Source: an uncultured Actinomycetes bacterium (GTDB lineage: Bacteria > Actinomycetota > UBA4738 > HRBIN12). From it: 64,000 bases of DNA. This document shows positions 32,877 through 46,355 of the stretch, one piece after another. The position numbers and the translations under genes were made by a program. Every line of letters starts with the position of its first letter. Positions within the stretch are counted from its first letter, which is position 1. The stretch is taken from contig CAWHQA010000004.1 in NCBI GenBank assembly GCA_963831325.1, positions 20,029 to 84,028 of the forward strand, read 5' to 3'. The notes beneath the pieces are model-generated. The model did not search any database and was not told the DNA's origin. It saw only the letters and a list, made by a program, of their open reading frames with translations.

Positions 32877-33275
32877 TCAGACGAACGGCTTCTGCTGGCC
32901 GCCGACGCCCATGCCCACCAGGAGGCCTGCGCCGAATCCACCGTTCACCGATGCGAGCAGCCAGAAGGGCCAGGCGGGGGCGCCATCGGGCACACCGAAA
33001 GCCGCGTTGACCGCGAACACCGAGGCCGTGCCGACCTCGAGCACGGCGAACGCCCATGACCACCACCACAGCTCGTCGATCCTCTGAGCCACCAGAACCA
33101 TCAGCAAGGCCAGCACGATGCCCATGACCGCCGCCGCCCGCACCCACACGTAGTCGTCGAGGACCGGTTGGCCGAACGCGCCCTCGAGTACCCAGCGGGG
33201 GAACAGTCCCGTTGCGAGACTCCATATGAACCAGAGCGCAGCCTGCACCTTCAGCGCTCGTCGCAGAAGCGTCAC
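32877..33275 (-). CDS. Hypothetical membrane protein (about 4 TM)
   Basis: GTG after RBS GAGGA; four hydrophobic, Trp-rich segments. Confidence 0.75.
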   Translation of the reverse strand: MTLLRRALKVQAALWFIWSLATGLFPRWVLEGAFGQPVLDDYVWVRAAAVMGIVLALLMVLVAQRIDELWWWSWAFAVLEVGTASVFAVNAAFGVPDGAPAWPFWLLASVNGGFGAGLLVGMGVGGQQKPFV

Positions 33276-33452
33276 GGATGCGTTCCTCGTCTCGTCGGCC
33301 TCGTCTCTTCGGCCAGTGCTGGCCCGCGGGGTGGGCCGGGTTTCGACCGGTTGATAGGATACGCGCACCGCAGAGGCACCCCCTCGCGTCAGCGCGTCGG
33401 CGCGCAGCCTCATCGCGGTCCGGCGGATCGTTCCGATACACGAGAGGACGCG

Positions 33453-33569
33453 GCATGACGGAAGCGCTCAAGCACCGAAGGGGTAGTGCATGACGGAAGC
33501 GCTCAAGCACCGAAGGGGTAGTGCATGACGGAAGCGCTCAAGCACCGAAGGGGTAGTGCATGACGGAAG
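33453..33569 (+). repeat. Perfect 35-bp tandem repeat (3 copies + 12 nt), each unit an RBS plus 12-aa mini-ORF
   Basis: Unit GCATGACGGAAGCGCTCAAGCACCGAAGGGGTAGT starts at 33453, 33488, 33523, partial at 33558; encodes MTEALKHRRGSA* with ATGA overlaps. Confidence 0.95.
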
Positions 33570-34957
33570 GACCCAGGGTCGCGATCATCGGCCTCGATTG
33601 CGGCGCCCCCCAGCTCCTGTTCGAGGATCTCGCCGACGAGGTGCCGAACCTGAAGAAGATCTTCTCCAACGGCATGTATGGCGACCTGGCGAGCATCACC
33701 CCCCCGATCACCGTGCCGGCGTGGGCATGCGCGATGACCGGCAAGACCCCCGGCCAGCTCGGCATCTACGGGTTCCGCAATCGCAAGGACACGAGCTACG
33801 ACGGACTGCAGGTAGCCACCTCGTTGAGCGTGAAGGAGCCCGCGGTCTGGGACGCGCTGGGCGCCGCCGGCAAACGGTCGCTGCTGATCGGGGTGCCGCC
33901 CGGCTTCCCGCCTCCGAAGGAGTTCCCGGGATGGCGTGTGGCCTGCTTCCTCACGCCGCCGAGCGCCGAGCGGTACGCGTTCCCGGCCGAGCTCGAGACC
34001 GAGATCGAGGAAGAGCTGGGGGAGAACGAGTACATCTTCGACATCCCGAACTTCCGTCAGCAAGGCGCCGACTTCGTGATGGATCAGATCTTCAAGATGA
34101 CCGAGCGACGCTTCCAGGTAGCTCGTCGGCTGATCAAGACCAAGCCCTGGGACTTCTTCATGATGGTCGAGATGGGCCTCGATCGGCTGCACCACTGCTT
34201 CTGGCAGTTCTACGACCCGAGGCATCCCTTGTACGAGGCCGGCAACAAGTACGAGACCGCGTTCCATGACTACTACCGCTATCTCGACAAGGAGATCGGC
34301 TCGATCCTCGAGGTGCTTCCCGAGGACGTGATCACGATCGCGATGAGCGACCATGGGGCCAGGCCGATGATGGGCGGTCTGTGTTTCAACGACTGGCTGA
34401 TCCAGCAGGGCTATCTGGTCTTGAAAGATCCTGTTCGCGAGATCACACCTATCGCGAAGGCCGACATCGACTGGCATCGCACGGTGGCATGGGGCGACGG
34501 CGGCTACTACGGGCGCTGCTTCCTGAACGTCAAGGGGCGTGAGCCGAGCGGCATCGTTGAGCCGGCCCGCTACGAGACGCTGCGGAACGAGATCATCGCG
34601 AAGCTCGAGGCGCTGCCCGGCCCAGATGGATCGCCGATGGGCACCAAGGTGCACAAGCCTCAAGACGTCTACCCCGAGGTGCGAGGCGTGGCCCCCGACC
34701 TGATCGTCTACTTCGGCGACCTCGATTGGCGCTCGGTGGGCGCCGTCGGCAACCCCAGCATCTACACGTTCGAGAACGACACCGGCACCGACGGCGCCAA
34801 TCACGATCGCACCGCGTTCTTCTCACTGGTCAACCTCCCCGGCCAGGCGAGAGGCCGCGTCGAGGGTATGAATCTGGTCGACGTAGGTCCGTCAGTGCTG
34901 TCCCTGTACGACATCGAGGCGCCTGCCGGCGCCGCCGGAAGGAGTTTCCTGCAGTGA
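33560..34957 (+). CDS. Alkaline phosphatase superfamily protein (nucleotide pyrophosphatase/phosphodiesterase type)
   Basis: IIGLDC, PPITVPAW...TGK.PG, DRLHH, SDHG, ANH. Confidence 0.9.
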   Translation: MTEGPRVAIIGLDCGAPQLLFEDLADEVPNLKKIFSNGMYGDLASITPPITVPAWACAMTGKTPGQLGIYGFRNRKDTSYDGLQVATSLSVKEPAVWDALGAAGKRSLLIGVPPGFPPPKEFPGWRVACFLTPPSAERYAFPAELETEIEEELGENEYIFDIPNFRQQGADFVMDQIFKMTERRFQVARRLIKTKPWDFFMMVEMGLDRLHHCFWQFYDPRHPLYEAGNKYETAFHDYYRYLDKEIGSILEVLPEDVITIAMSDHGARPMMGGLCFNDWLIQQGYLVLKDPVREITPIAKADIDWHRTVAWGDGGYYGRCFLNVKGREPSGIVEPARYETLRNEIIAKLEALPGPDGSPMGTKVHKPQDVYPEVRGVAPDLIVYFGDLDWRSVGAVGNPSIYTFENDTGTDGANHDRTAFFSLVNLPGQARGRVEGMNLVDVGPSVLSLYDIEAPAGAAGRSFLQ

Positions 34958-35601
34958 GCGAGCAGTCACGGACCGAGCAACAGGGCTTCACCGTCTGGTT
35001 CACGGGCCTCTCCGGCTCGGGCAAGTCGACGATCGCCGAGATGCTGTTCCACGAGCTGCGAGCGCGCGGGCTCAAGACCGAGATCCTCGACGGCGACGAG
35101 GTGCGCAAGAACCTCTCGAAGGGCCTCGGCTTCTCGAAGGAAGACCGCGACACGAACATCATGCGCATCGGCTTCGTCGCGAACCTGCTGACCCGCAACG
35201 GCGTCGCGACCATCTGCTGTCCGATCAGTCCCTACAAGGAGACCCGCGACGCCTGTCGCGAAATGATCGGCGAGTTCGTCGAGGTGTACGTGCACGCGAC
35301 GGTCGATGAGATCGCGGCGAACCGTGACCCGAAGGGCCTCTACAAGAAGGCGCTCGCCGGAGAGATCAAGGAGTTCACCGGCGTCAGCCCCGACGCGCCG
35401 TACGAGGCGCCCGAGCATCCGGAGATCAGGGTCGACACCATGTCGCAGAGCCCCGAGGAGTCGTTGGGGTACGTGCTGGGCCGTTTGAAGGAGCTCGGGC
35501 GCATCGACGACGACGCGGTGATCGTCACCGGCGACCGTGCCCACTCAGGTATGACAGACCTGCGTGTGAGCGAGGCCGGCACCGTCGTCAAGGAGCATTG
35601 A
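34954..35601 (+). CDS. cysC: Adenylyl-sulfate kinase
   Basis: WFTGLSGSGKST, LDGD.VR, LGFSKEDR, ISPY, RDPKGLY. Confidence 0.95.
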   Translation: MSEQSRTEQQGFTVWFTGLSGSGKSTIAEMLFHELRARGLKTEILDGDEVRKNLSKGLGFSKEDRDTNIMRIGFVANLLTRNGVATICCPISPYKETRDACREMIGEFVEVYVHATVDEIAANRDPKGLYKKALAGEIKEFTGVSPDAPYEAPEHPEIRVDTMSQSPEESLGYVLGRLKELGRIDDDAVIVTGDRAHSGMTDLRVSEAGTVVKEH

Positions 35602-37078
35602 CACGTACGACGCGATCGTGTGCGGCGGCGGCACCGCGGGCGCCGTCGTCGCTGCGCGACTCGTCGAAGCCAAGCGCCGGGTCCTGCTGCTCGAGGCAGG
35701 ACCCGACTACGGCTCGTTCGCTGCCGGTGGGTGGCCGGCGGAGCTGCTCGACTCGCGAACGCTCCCCTTCTCCCACGATTGGGGGTACACGTGCGGCGAC
35801 GAGCTCCCTGGTCGATCGCTCGACTACGAGCGTGCGCGGGTGATCGGCGGCTGTTCCGCCCACAACGGCTGCACCGTGTCGTGGGGACATCGCGCCGACT
35901 ACGACGGCTGGGCTGGGCTCGGGCTCCGCGGGTGGGCCGCTGATGACCTGGCGCCACTGTTCCACGAGGCGTCGTCGCGCCTTCGTGTGCGGCGGTTCTC
36001 CGATGACGAGATCGCGCCGTATCACGGCGCGTTCATCGAGGCCGGCGTCGCGATGGCTCTGCCGGAGATCGACGACCTCGAGTCGCTCGACGGCGTGCCG
36101 AGCGTGTGCGCGGAGCCCTCGAACAGCCCCGACGGCATCCGATGGAACGCCGCGTTTGCCTACCTCGACCCGCTACGTTCCCTGCCGGGGCTCGTCATCG
36201 ATGGCGACACGTTGGTCGACCGGGTGCTCGTGGAGAACGGCCGCGCGGTCGGGGTGACGGGCCGCGGGCGCGCAGGAGCCTTCGAGGCCCGGGCCGAGCT
36301 GGTGATCGTGACGGGCGGCACGTACGGATCACCCGCCATCCTGCTGCGCAGCGGCATCGGTCCCGCCGGAGAGCTCCGCGGGCTCGGCGTCGACGTGATC
36401 GAGGACCTGCCGGTCGGGCGCAACCTGCACGATCAGCCGAGCTTCGAGTTGCTCTTCTCGCCGAGCGATGAGCTCCTGCGCCGCACGGAGGAGTTCGAAG
36501 CGACCGGCCGCACCGTGCCCGACGAGCAGGGGTTCGCGAAGGGTGAGAGTGGGCGGGCGCAGGCGCTGGGGGAGCCGTTCGACCTGCACGTGTTCCCTGA
36601 GATCTCGCTCGACGGGCGCCTCGGTGTCTTCGTCGCGGTGCTGACGCCTCGCAGCCGCGGAGCGATGACGCTCCGCAGCCTCGATCCCTTTGCTGCTCCG
36701 AGACTCGATCACGCCTACCTGAGCGACCCTGAGGGCCACGACCTCGAGGCCCTGCTCGATGGTCTCGAGCTAGCTCGATCGTTCGCTGCGACCGAGCCCT
36801 TCGCCTCGATGCTCGACCGTGAGCTCGAGCCCGGCCACGCCGCCCCCGCGCGCCATGATCTCCGCGATGCGGTGCGCACCGGGGTGATCCACTACTGGCA
36901 CCCGGTCGGCACGTGCGCGATGGGCGCCGTGACCGACGCATCCGGGCACGTGCTCGGCGTCGACGGGCTTGTCGTCGCCGACGCATCGGTGATGCCGGCG
37001 GCTCCGCGAGCGACGACGAACGTGCCGACGGTGGTCGTTGCCGAGCGGATTGCGGGTTTCCTGACCGGGGCGCCATGA
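35598..37078 (+). CDS. GMC family oxidoreductase (choline dehydrogenase-like); start uncertain
   Basis: YDAIVCGGGTAG, LLEAG, IGGCSAHN, LLRSGIG, VGRNL.D, HPVGTC.MG; the first beta strand lies upstream of GTG 35618, so an indel near TTG 35598 is probable. Confidence 0.88.
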
Positions 37079-37223
37079 CCGGACCCCGGCCGGATGCCAC
37101 GCAGATGCCCTGAAGGTGTCTGTTACCCTGCTGACATGTAGGGAGTGACGCCCATCGGGGGACCGGTGGGCGTTCTGCGTTTCCGTTCAACGGTTCTCGG
37201 GCGAGGCAGGGGTGGGAGAAGGC

Positions 37224-38384
37224 ATGGAGTTCGAGATCGGCATCGGCAAGTCGGCCAGACGGGCATACGCGTTCGATGAGGTCGCGATCGTCCCATCGCG
37301 GCGTACCCGCGATCCCGAGGACGTGAGCATCGAGTGGGAGATAGACGCGTACACGTTCCCGCTTCCGATGATGGCGAGCGCGATGGACGCCGCGGTCTCA
37401 CCGACCACCGCGATCGCGATCGGCAAGCTCGGCGGGCTCGCATGCTTGAACCTCGAGGGTCTCTGGACCCGCTATGAGGATCCAGACCCGATCTACGAAG
37501 AGATCTCGTCGCTGCCCGACGAGAAGGCCACGCGGCGCATGCAGGAGCTCTACTCCGAGCCGATCAAGGAAGACCTGATCGGGCGCCGTATCGAGGAGAT
37601 CAAAGCGGGTGGCGTCACGACGAGTGCGTCGATCACGCCGCAGCGGGTGGAGCGCTACGCGAAGCTCGTGCTCGACTCCGGCCTCGACATCCTGGTGATC
37701 CAGGGAACGGTCGTTTCGGGCGAGCATGTGTCGAGCCAGCAAGAGCCGCTCAACCTGAAGGAGTTCATCCCGGCATTCGACATCCCGGTGATCGTCGGTG
37801 GCTGCGCCTCGTACGCGACCGCGCTCCACCTGATGCGGACGGGCGCCGTGGGCGTGCTCGTGGGCGTCGGACCGGGCAACGCGTGCACGAGCCGGGGCGT
37901 GCTCGGGGTGGGAGTGCCCCAAGCGACCGCGATCGCCGATGCCGCAGCAGCGCGGCGCGAGCACCAGCACGAAACCGGCCGGTACTGCCACGTGATCGCC
38001 GACGGCGGCATGCGCACCGGCGGCGACATCGCCAAGGCCATCGCATGCGGCGCCGACGCCGTGATGATCGGGTCGCCGATGACGCGCGCCTTCGAGGCGC
38101 CGGGCCGCGGCTTTCACTGGGGTATGGCGACCTTCCACCCGACACTGCCCCGGGGAGCTCGGGTGCAGACTCAGCAAGTGGCGTCGATCGAGGAGATCCT
38201 CACCGGGCCGGCGCACGAGAACGACGGCACGTTCAACCTTTTCGGCGCGCTCGCGACGTCGATGGCGACGACCGGCTACCAGACCATCAAGGAGTTCCAG
38301 AAGGCCGAGCTGGTGATCGCCCCATCGATCAAGACCGAAGGCAAGCTCTATCAGACCCAGCAGCACGTGGGCATGGGGCACTGA
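37224..38384 (+). CDS. guaB3: GuaB3-family IMP dehydrogenase
   Basis: [54 protein letters not shown]; no CBS domain. Confidence 0.92.
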   Translation: MEFEIGIGKSARRAYAFDEVAIVPSRRTRDPEDVSIEWEIDAYTFPLPMMASAMDAAVSPTTAIAIGKLGGLACLNLEGLWTRYEDPDPIYEEISSLPDEKATRRMQELYSEPIKEDLIGRRIEEIKAGGVTTSASITPQRVERYAKLVLDSGLDILVIQGTVVSGEHVSSQQEPLNLKEFIPAFDIPVIVGGCASYATALHLMRTGAVGVLVGVGPGNACTSRGVLGVGVPQATAIADAAAARREHQHETGRYCHVIADGGMRTGGDIAKAIACGADAVMIGSPMTRAFEAPGRGFHWGMATFHPTLPRGARVQTQQVASIEEILTGPAHENDGTFNLFGALATSMATTGYQTIKEFQKAELVIAPSIKTEGKLYQTQQHVGMGH

Positions 38385-38392
38385 CTTCAGTC

Positions 38393-39937
<1,545 letters not shown>

Positions 39938-40032
39938 ATCCGCTCGGGCCTGTCGAGAGTCGTGGGTAGGGTGCGAGTGCGGACTCGCGTGCGACACCTG
40001 ACCCAGAGGTTGGGAGAGAAGCCATCTTCGTC

Positions 40033-40105
40033 ACCGATACCGAAATCGGTATCGAAGGGGCGTCGGAGACTCACGCAACCGAACCGATATCGAATTCGGT
40101 ATCGA
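40033..40105. promoter_or_regulatory. Two palindromic operators upstream of the XRE regulator
   Basis: ACCGATACCGAAATCGGTATCGA (40033-40055) and ACCGATATCGAATTCGGTATCGA (40083-40105); 21/23 identical, 50-bp period. Confidence 0.7.
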
Positions 40106-40140
40106 CCGCGCCGGACCTTCCTGACTTCACAGCGATCATC

Positions 40141-40512
40141 ATGGCCGAGATCGCGGCTGCTGAAGCTGCAAACGAAATCTCATCCGCACGAGGTTCACCC
40201 ATCGGTGCCGGAGAGCTGGTTCTGACGGCGAGGGAGCTGGCAGGCATCTCGCAGCGGCAGCTAGCAGCCCGGTTGCACACATCACAGCCGACCATCGCCA
40301 CCATCGAGTCCGGGAATCGGATCCCGACGATCAGGACCCTCATGCGCGTCGCGCAGGCGACCGAGTTCGAGCTCGTGCTCGGGCTTCGCCCTCCAAGCGC
40401 CGTGGCGCCTAGGGTGCTCGGGGCGTTGGTGATGAGCGAGGAGGACGGCCTTGCCGACTATTTCATTGACCTCGCCGTCGCCGTTCGAGGGTCGGGTCCG
40501 CCCGGTCGCTAG
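40141..40512 (+). CDS. XRE-family helix-turn-helix protein
   Basis: ARELAGISQRQLAARLHTSQPTIATIESGNRIPTIRTLMRVA; start uncertain. Confidence 0.8.
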   Translation: MAEIAAAEAANEISSARGSPIGAGELVLTARELAGISQRQLAARLHTSQPTIATIESGNRIPTIRTLMRVAQATEFELVLGLRPPSAVAPRVLGALVMSEEDGLADYFIDLAVAVRGSGPPGR

Positions 40513-41129
40513 CCGACGACGCGGCGGGCGGTCACGATGAGGCGCTCGCTGCTCGAGTACTTCGGGTTGCAGGTGGTGAGCACGAGGGTCGGGCGAGGGG
40601 TCTGCGTGAGGACCCGGCCCGAGCCTTCCGAAGGGACCACGAACACCTCGTCCACTTCGTAGCGGAACGTGCCGTACCCGGTTCGCACCGTGATCTCATC
40701 ACCGGGTGCAAGCTGTTCGAGGTCGAAGAACGGCGCCTGGTACGTGGTTCGGTGACCGGCGATCCCCACCCTGCCCTTGTCGTCCCAAGGGTCGGCGGTG
40801 TCGGGGTAGTGGCCCGGGCCATCCTTCAGATCCTCGTAGCTCGTGCCCTGCACCACCATGAAGTTCAGGTCGATCGCCGCGATCTCGAGCTGCGCGTAGG
40901 CGTCACCGAGCGGTACCCGGTCGGGCGCCGTCGATGGGTCGGCCGGCTCCTCGACCTCGCGCTGGAACTCCGTCCGCAAGCGATCCTGAGCCTGGGCGGT
41001 GTGCAGTCCCGTGCCCCAGAGCGACCAACCGACATAGCCGGCGAACCCGGCGGCAGCCATCAGGCACGCCATGCCGAACCAGTGCACGATCGTGCGCCAT
41101 CCACCGCGTTCTTGTCGCTCTGCCGTCAT
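40509..41129 (-). CDS. Class E sortase
   Basis: N-terminal TM, GPGHYP, AGHRTTY, LVLTTCNP....ERLIV. Confidence 0.93.
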   Translation of the reverse strand: MTAERQERGGWRTIVHWFGMACLMAAAGFAGYVGWSLWGTGLHTAQAQDRLRTEFQREVEEPADPSTAPDRVPLGDAYAQLEIAAIDLNFMVVQGTSYEDLKDGPGHYPDTADPWDDKGRVGIAGHRTTYQAPFFDLEQLAPGDEITVRTGYGTFRYEVDEVFVVPSEGSGRVLTQTPRPTLVLTTCNPKYSSSERLIVTARRVVG

Positions 41130-41187
41130 GACCCAACCGTACCGTCACGCCCGGCCTGCGTCGCCCATGCCACCTACACTTGCCTGC

Positions 41188-43522
<2,335 letters not shown>

Positions 43523-43523
43523 G

Positions 43524-45003
43524 TCACCTCGAGAGCCGATCGAGCACGTTGCGCGTGACCCGCTCGACGATCGGATCGCCGCCCACGAGCCCGCAGGTCC
43601 AGTCGGTGACGCCGGCGTTGAAGACGGTGCCGCCGCCGTCGGCTTCGTGAACACGCCGATGCACGGCATGGTTGTTCGTCACCCGGTGTACCTGGTCGCG
43701 CCAGCCCGGCGCCGAACACGGCCATCGCGGTGTTCTCGAGCTCGCCCGGCTCGTGCGCGTACCGGCTCGGCTGCTCGTCCTGCGACCACAGCCGCGCCGG
43801 GGCGGTGGCCAGGATCTCGAGCCCGTCGGGCGCGCCGTCGGCTCCGGTCGGGACGGGCAGGCCGTCGGGACCGGTCGTGAGCTCGCACGCCGTCGACCTC
43901 GTAGGCCGACGATCGCGTCGGCGCGGCCGAGCTCGTCGCCGTAGCGCAGATCGGTGCCCTCGAACGCCCAGTGCTCGGGCCGCCACACCGTGTAGGCGCC
44001 GCGACCCGCGGGGCACGCCGAGGCCGTAGCGCGAGTAGCCGCCGCGGGTGAACGTGAGGCCGATCGTGCGCGTCTCCGGCCACGCGATGCGCCGGTCGCT
44101 CCACGCGCCGGTGAGGAGGCGCTCGTCGGGGGTGCCGACGACCGGGTCCTCGTCGGCCCGGTACTTGAAGCAGGTCATCGCGCGATGCGTCGTCGTCGAA
44201 CCGCACCTGCCAGAAGCACGTGTTCCCGCTGAGGATCGCCGCGTTGCCGCCGGCGTCGGTGAACGCGTCGAGCGCGTCGCGCATGCCCCACGACCAGTAC
44301 TCGTCGTGGCCGACCGAGAGGTAGCAGCCGGTGGCCGTCGAGCACCTCGGGATGCTGCTCGAGGTCCTCGGAGGTCGCGACATCGACCTCGTAGCCGCTC
44401 GACTCGGCCCAGCGGACGAAGTCGCGCTCCCACGTGGCCCAGCCCGAGCCCCCGCTCCACACGGACAGCCCCAGCGGTTCCGCCCACTCGAAGTACCAGA
44501 GCGCCTCTCGGTCGGGCTCGGGCTGCATCTTCCGGCGCATCGGCTCGCGGCTTGTCGAGGAAGCCGCGCGCCAGCGGGCGCTCGAACGAGACCCTGGTGC
44601 CGCCGGTGTAGAGGCTCGGTCCGCCCCAGTCGTTGTAGGCGTTCCACGTGGTGGTGGAGAGCACAAGGATCATCGGCGCTCGAGGAGCGTCCTGCGCAGG
44701 TCGCACGACCAGGAAGGCGTCGGCCCGCTCCTCGCCGGCCGTGAGCGTTACGGAGTAGTAGCCGCTCCGCCAGCCGTTGCCGACCGGGATCTCGAGCGCC
44801 GCGGGCCAGCCGCACCCGCTGGCCGAAGCATCGTCGGGGATCGGGTGGGCTTCGGCTCGCTGGTCGTTCGCGCGCCACACGACCTCGCGTTCGGCACCCT
44901 CCCGTGCGACTCGAACGTCGAACGCATCAGCGTCCGTCGAGACATGCAGAGGGAGTGACTGCCCGGGGATCGCCGATCGCGGGAAGCAGTACGCCTCGAG
45001 CAC
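43524..45003 (-). CDS. N,N-dimethylformamidase beta-subunit family protein (several frameshifts)
   Basis: WRSGYY, TTWNAYNDWGG, SFERP, SVGHDEYWS, SGNTCFWQVR, VFNAG.TDW across frames. Confidence 0.8.
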
Positions 45004-45009
45004 GCCCGA

Positions 45010-45174
45010 TCACCGGTAGAGGACGAGATAGCCGGCCACGAGGATCACCACGCCTGCAACGAGCGGTGCGATCACCCACCCCAGACCCAAGCGGCCACGG
45101 TAGGGTCCGAGCGTGCCGACCTTCGTCGTCGGCTTCAGGCCGGGCGGGCGGATCTGGATCTTCTTGCGAGCCAC
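45010..45174 (-). CDS. Small single-TM protein (54 aa), leaderless
   Basis: TACACT 6 nt before GTG; MARKKIQIRPPGLKPTTKVGTLGPYRGRLGLGWVIAPLVAGVVILVAGYLVLYR. Confidence 0.7.
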   Translation of the reverse strand: MARKKIQIRPPGLKPTTKVGTLGPYRGRLGLGWVIAPLVAGVVILVAGYLVLYR

Positions 45175-45203
45175 ATGTCCAGTGTACGGAGCGGGCTCGT
45201 GCC

Positions 45204-45600
45204 TCAGGGACACGACTCGACATGCAGGTACTGGCGGCACTCGTCGACGGAGAGCTCCCTCGTCACCTGCGTCCTCGCGATCCTGATCAACGCGTCGAGG
45301 TCCAGCTCCCAAACTCGGACAACGCCGTCGGGAGCGGCCGACGCGAGCTGTGTGCCGTCGGGACCGAACGCGACGCCAGTGACGAGGAAGTCGTGCCCGC
45401 GCAGCACCAGCTGCTCCGTTCCATCTTCCGCATCGAACAGTGCGGCATGCAGCAGGCGCCCCCCTCGCGAGCACGGTGGCCTGCAGCGAGGTCGCAACCT
45501 GCGACCGGGCGTCGAACGAGCTGCGTCGCCACAGAAGCGGATCGTTCACGTGGCGACGTGAGATGACCAGACCGACCTCATCTGCGACGGCTACGACCTG
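45204..45600 (-). pseudogene. C-terminal remnant of a WD40-repeat (STAND-associated type) protein
   Basis: LRGH...VTGVAFGPDGTQLASAAPDGVVRVWELD + RELSVDECRQYLH...CP tail; only 1-2 repeats, no plausible start. Confidence 0.7.
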
Positions 45601-45637
45601 TGCGATCGGCCGGTTGCCCGAACCATTCCCCGCTGAC

Positions 45638-46262
45638 CTAGCCGCCCTCCACGACATGAGTGACCGGTTGGCGCAGCACCGTCTTCATCTTCTCGGGCGC
45701 CACGCGCTTCGGATCCGACAGGTAGATCTCGTGGAAGGACTCGGTGGCGACGAGGTCGTGCTCGGGCAGGAAGTCGTGGTGCAGCCGCGCCATAGTGGGG
45801 ATCGCGTCCTCCTCGCGGCCGACGTGCATGATCTGGACGGACGTCCCCTCGTCGAACCGATCGAGCCTCAGGGTGTTCGGCGGTTCCCCGAGCCGTTCCG
45901 ACGCGGCGGTCCTCCCCCGGTCGAACAGCTCCTCATCGATCCAGTCGGCCATGACGATCATCTGCCGCCACATCCACTTCGCCCGGTCTCCCGAGATGAA
46001 GTCCTTCATGTCGTCGGCCCACCACAGGACCTCCAGCGGCGGTTCAGCGTAGCTCCCGCCCATCCGTTCGCGGGCGATCGGCTTGATCGGAGCGATCAGG
46101 GATAACAGCCAACGCGTGCCCAGGCGGAACACCTCGGGTGGAATGGTCCCCCGCCCCCTTCGATCATCACGAACTGCATCTCGGGCACGTGCACAAGGAC
46201 GAACCTGTCGGCCGGCGGTAGTAGAGCTCCTTCAGCCGCTGCAGCTCGTCGCTCGTGCTCAT
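45638..46262 (-). CDS. GyrI-like small-molecule-binding domain protein (homopolymer frameshifts near 5' end)
   Basis: RBS GGGAG + MSTSDE..KELY.PP, VP.MQFVMIEG.G, PPLE.LWW, WRQMI, QIMHVG, HEIYLSDP...PEKMKTVLRQP. Confidence 0.85.
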
Positions 46263-46355
46263 GGCGCTCTCCCTCGGCGCCGAGGATACCCAATGACGCG
46301 CCAGAGCTGGACGCCCCTGCAGAGCCACCGAATGCGCTGATCGGTACGGACTACC

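Noticed and set aside
33453-33569. CRISPR array (35-bp repeats)
   Set aside because: The copies are directly adjacent with no spacers, and there are no cas genes in the window.
35597-35599. ATT start codon for the GMC oxidoreductase
   Set aside because: It is in frame but only 1 nt from the AAGGAG motif; an indel after TTG 35598 is more plausible.
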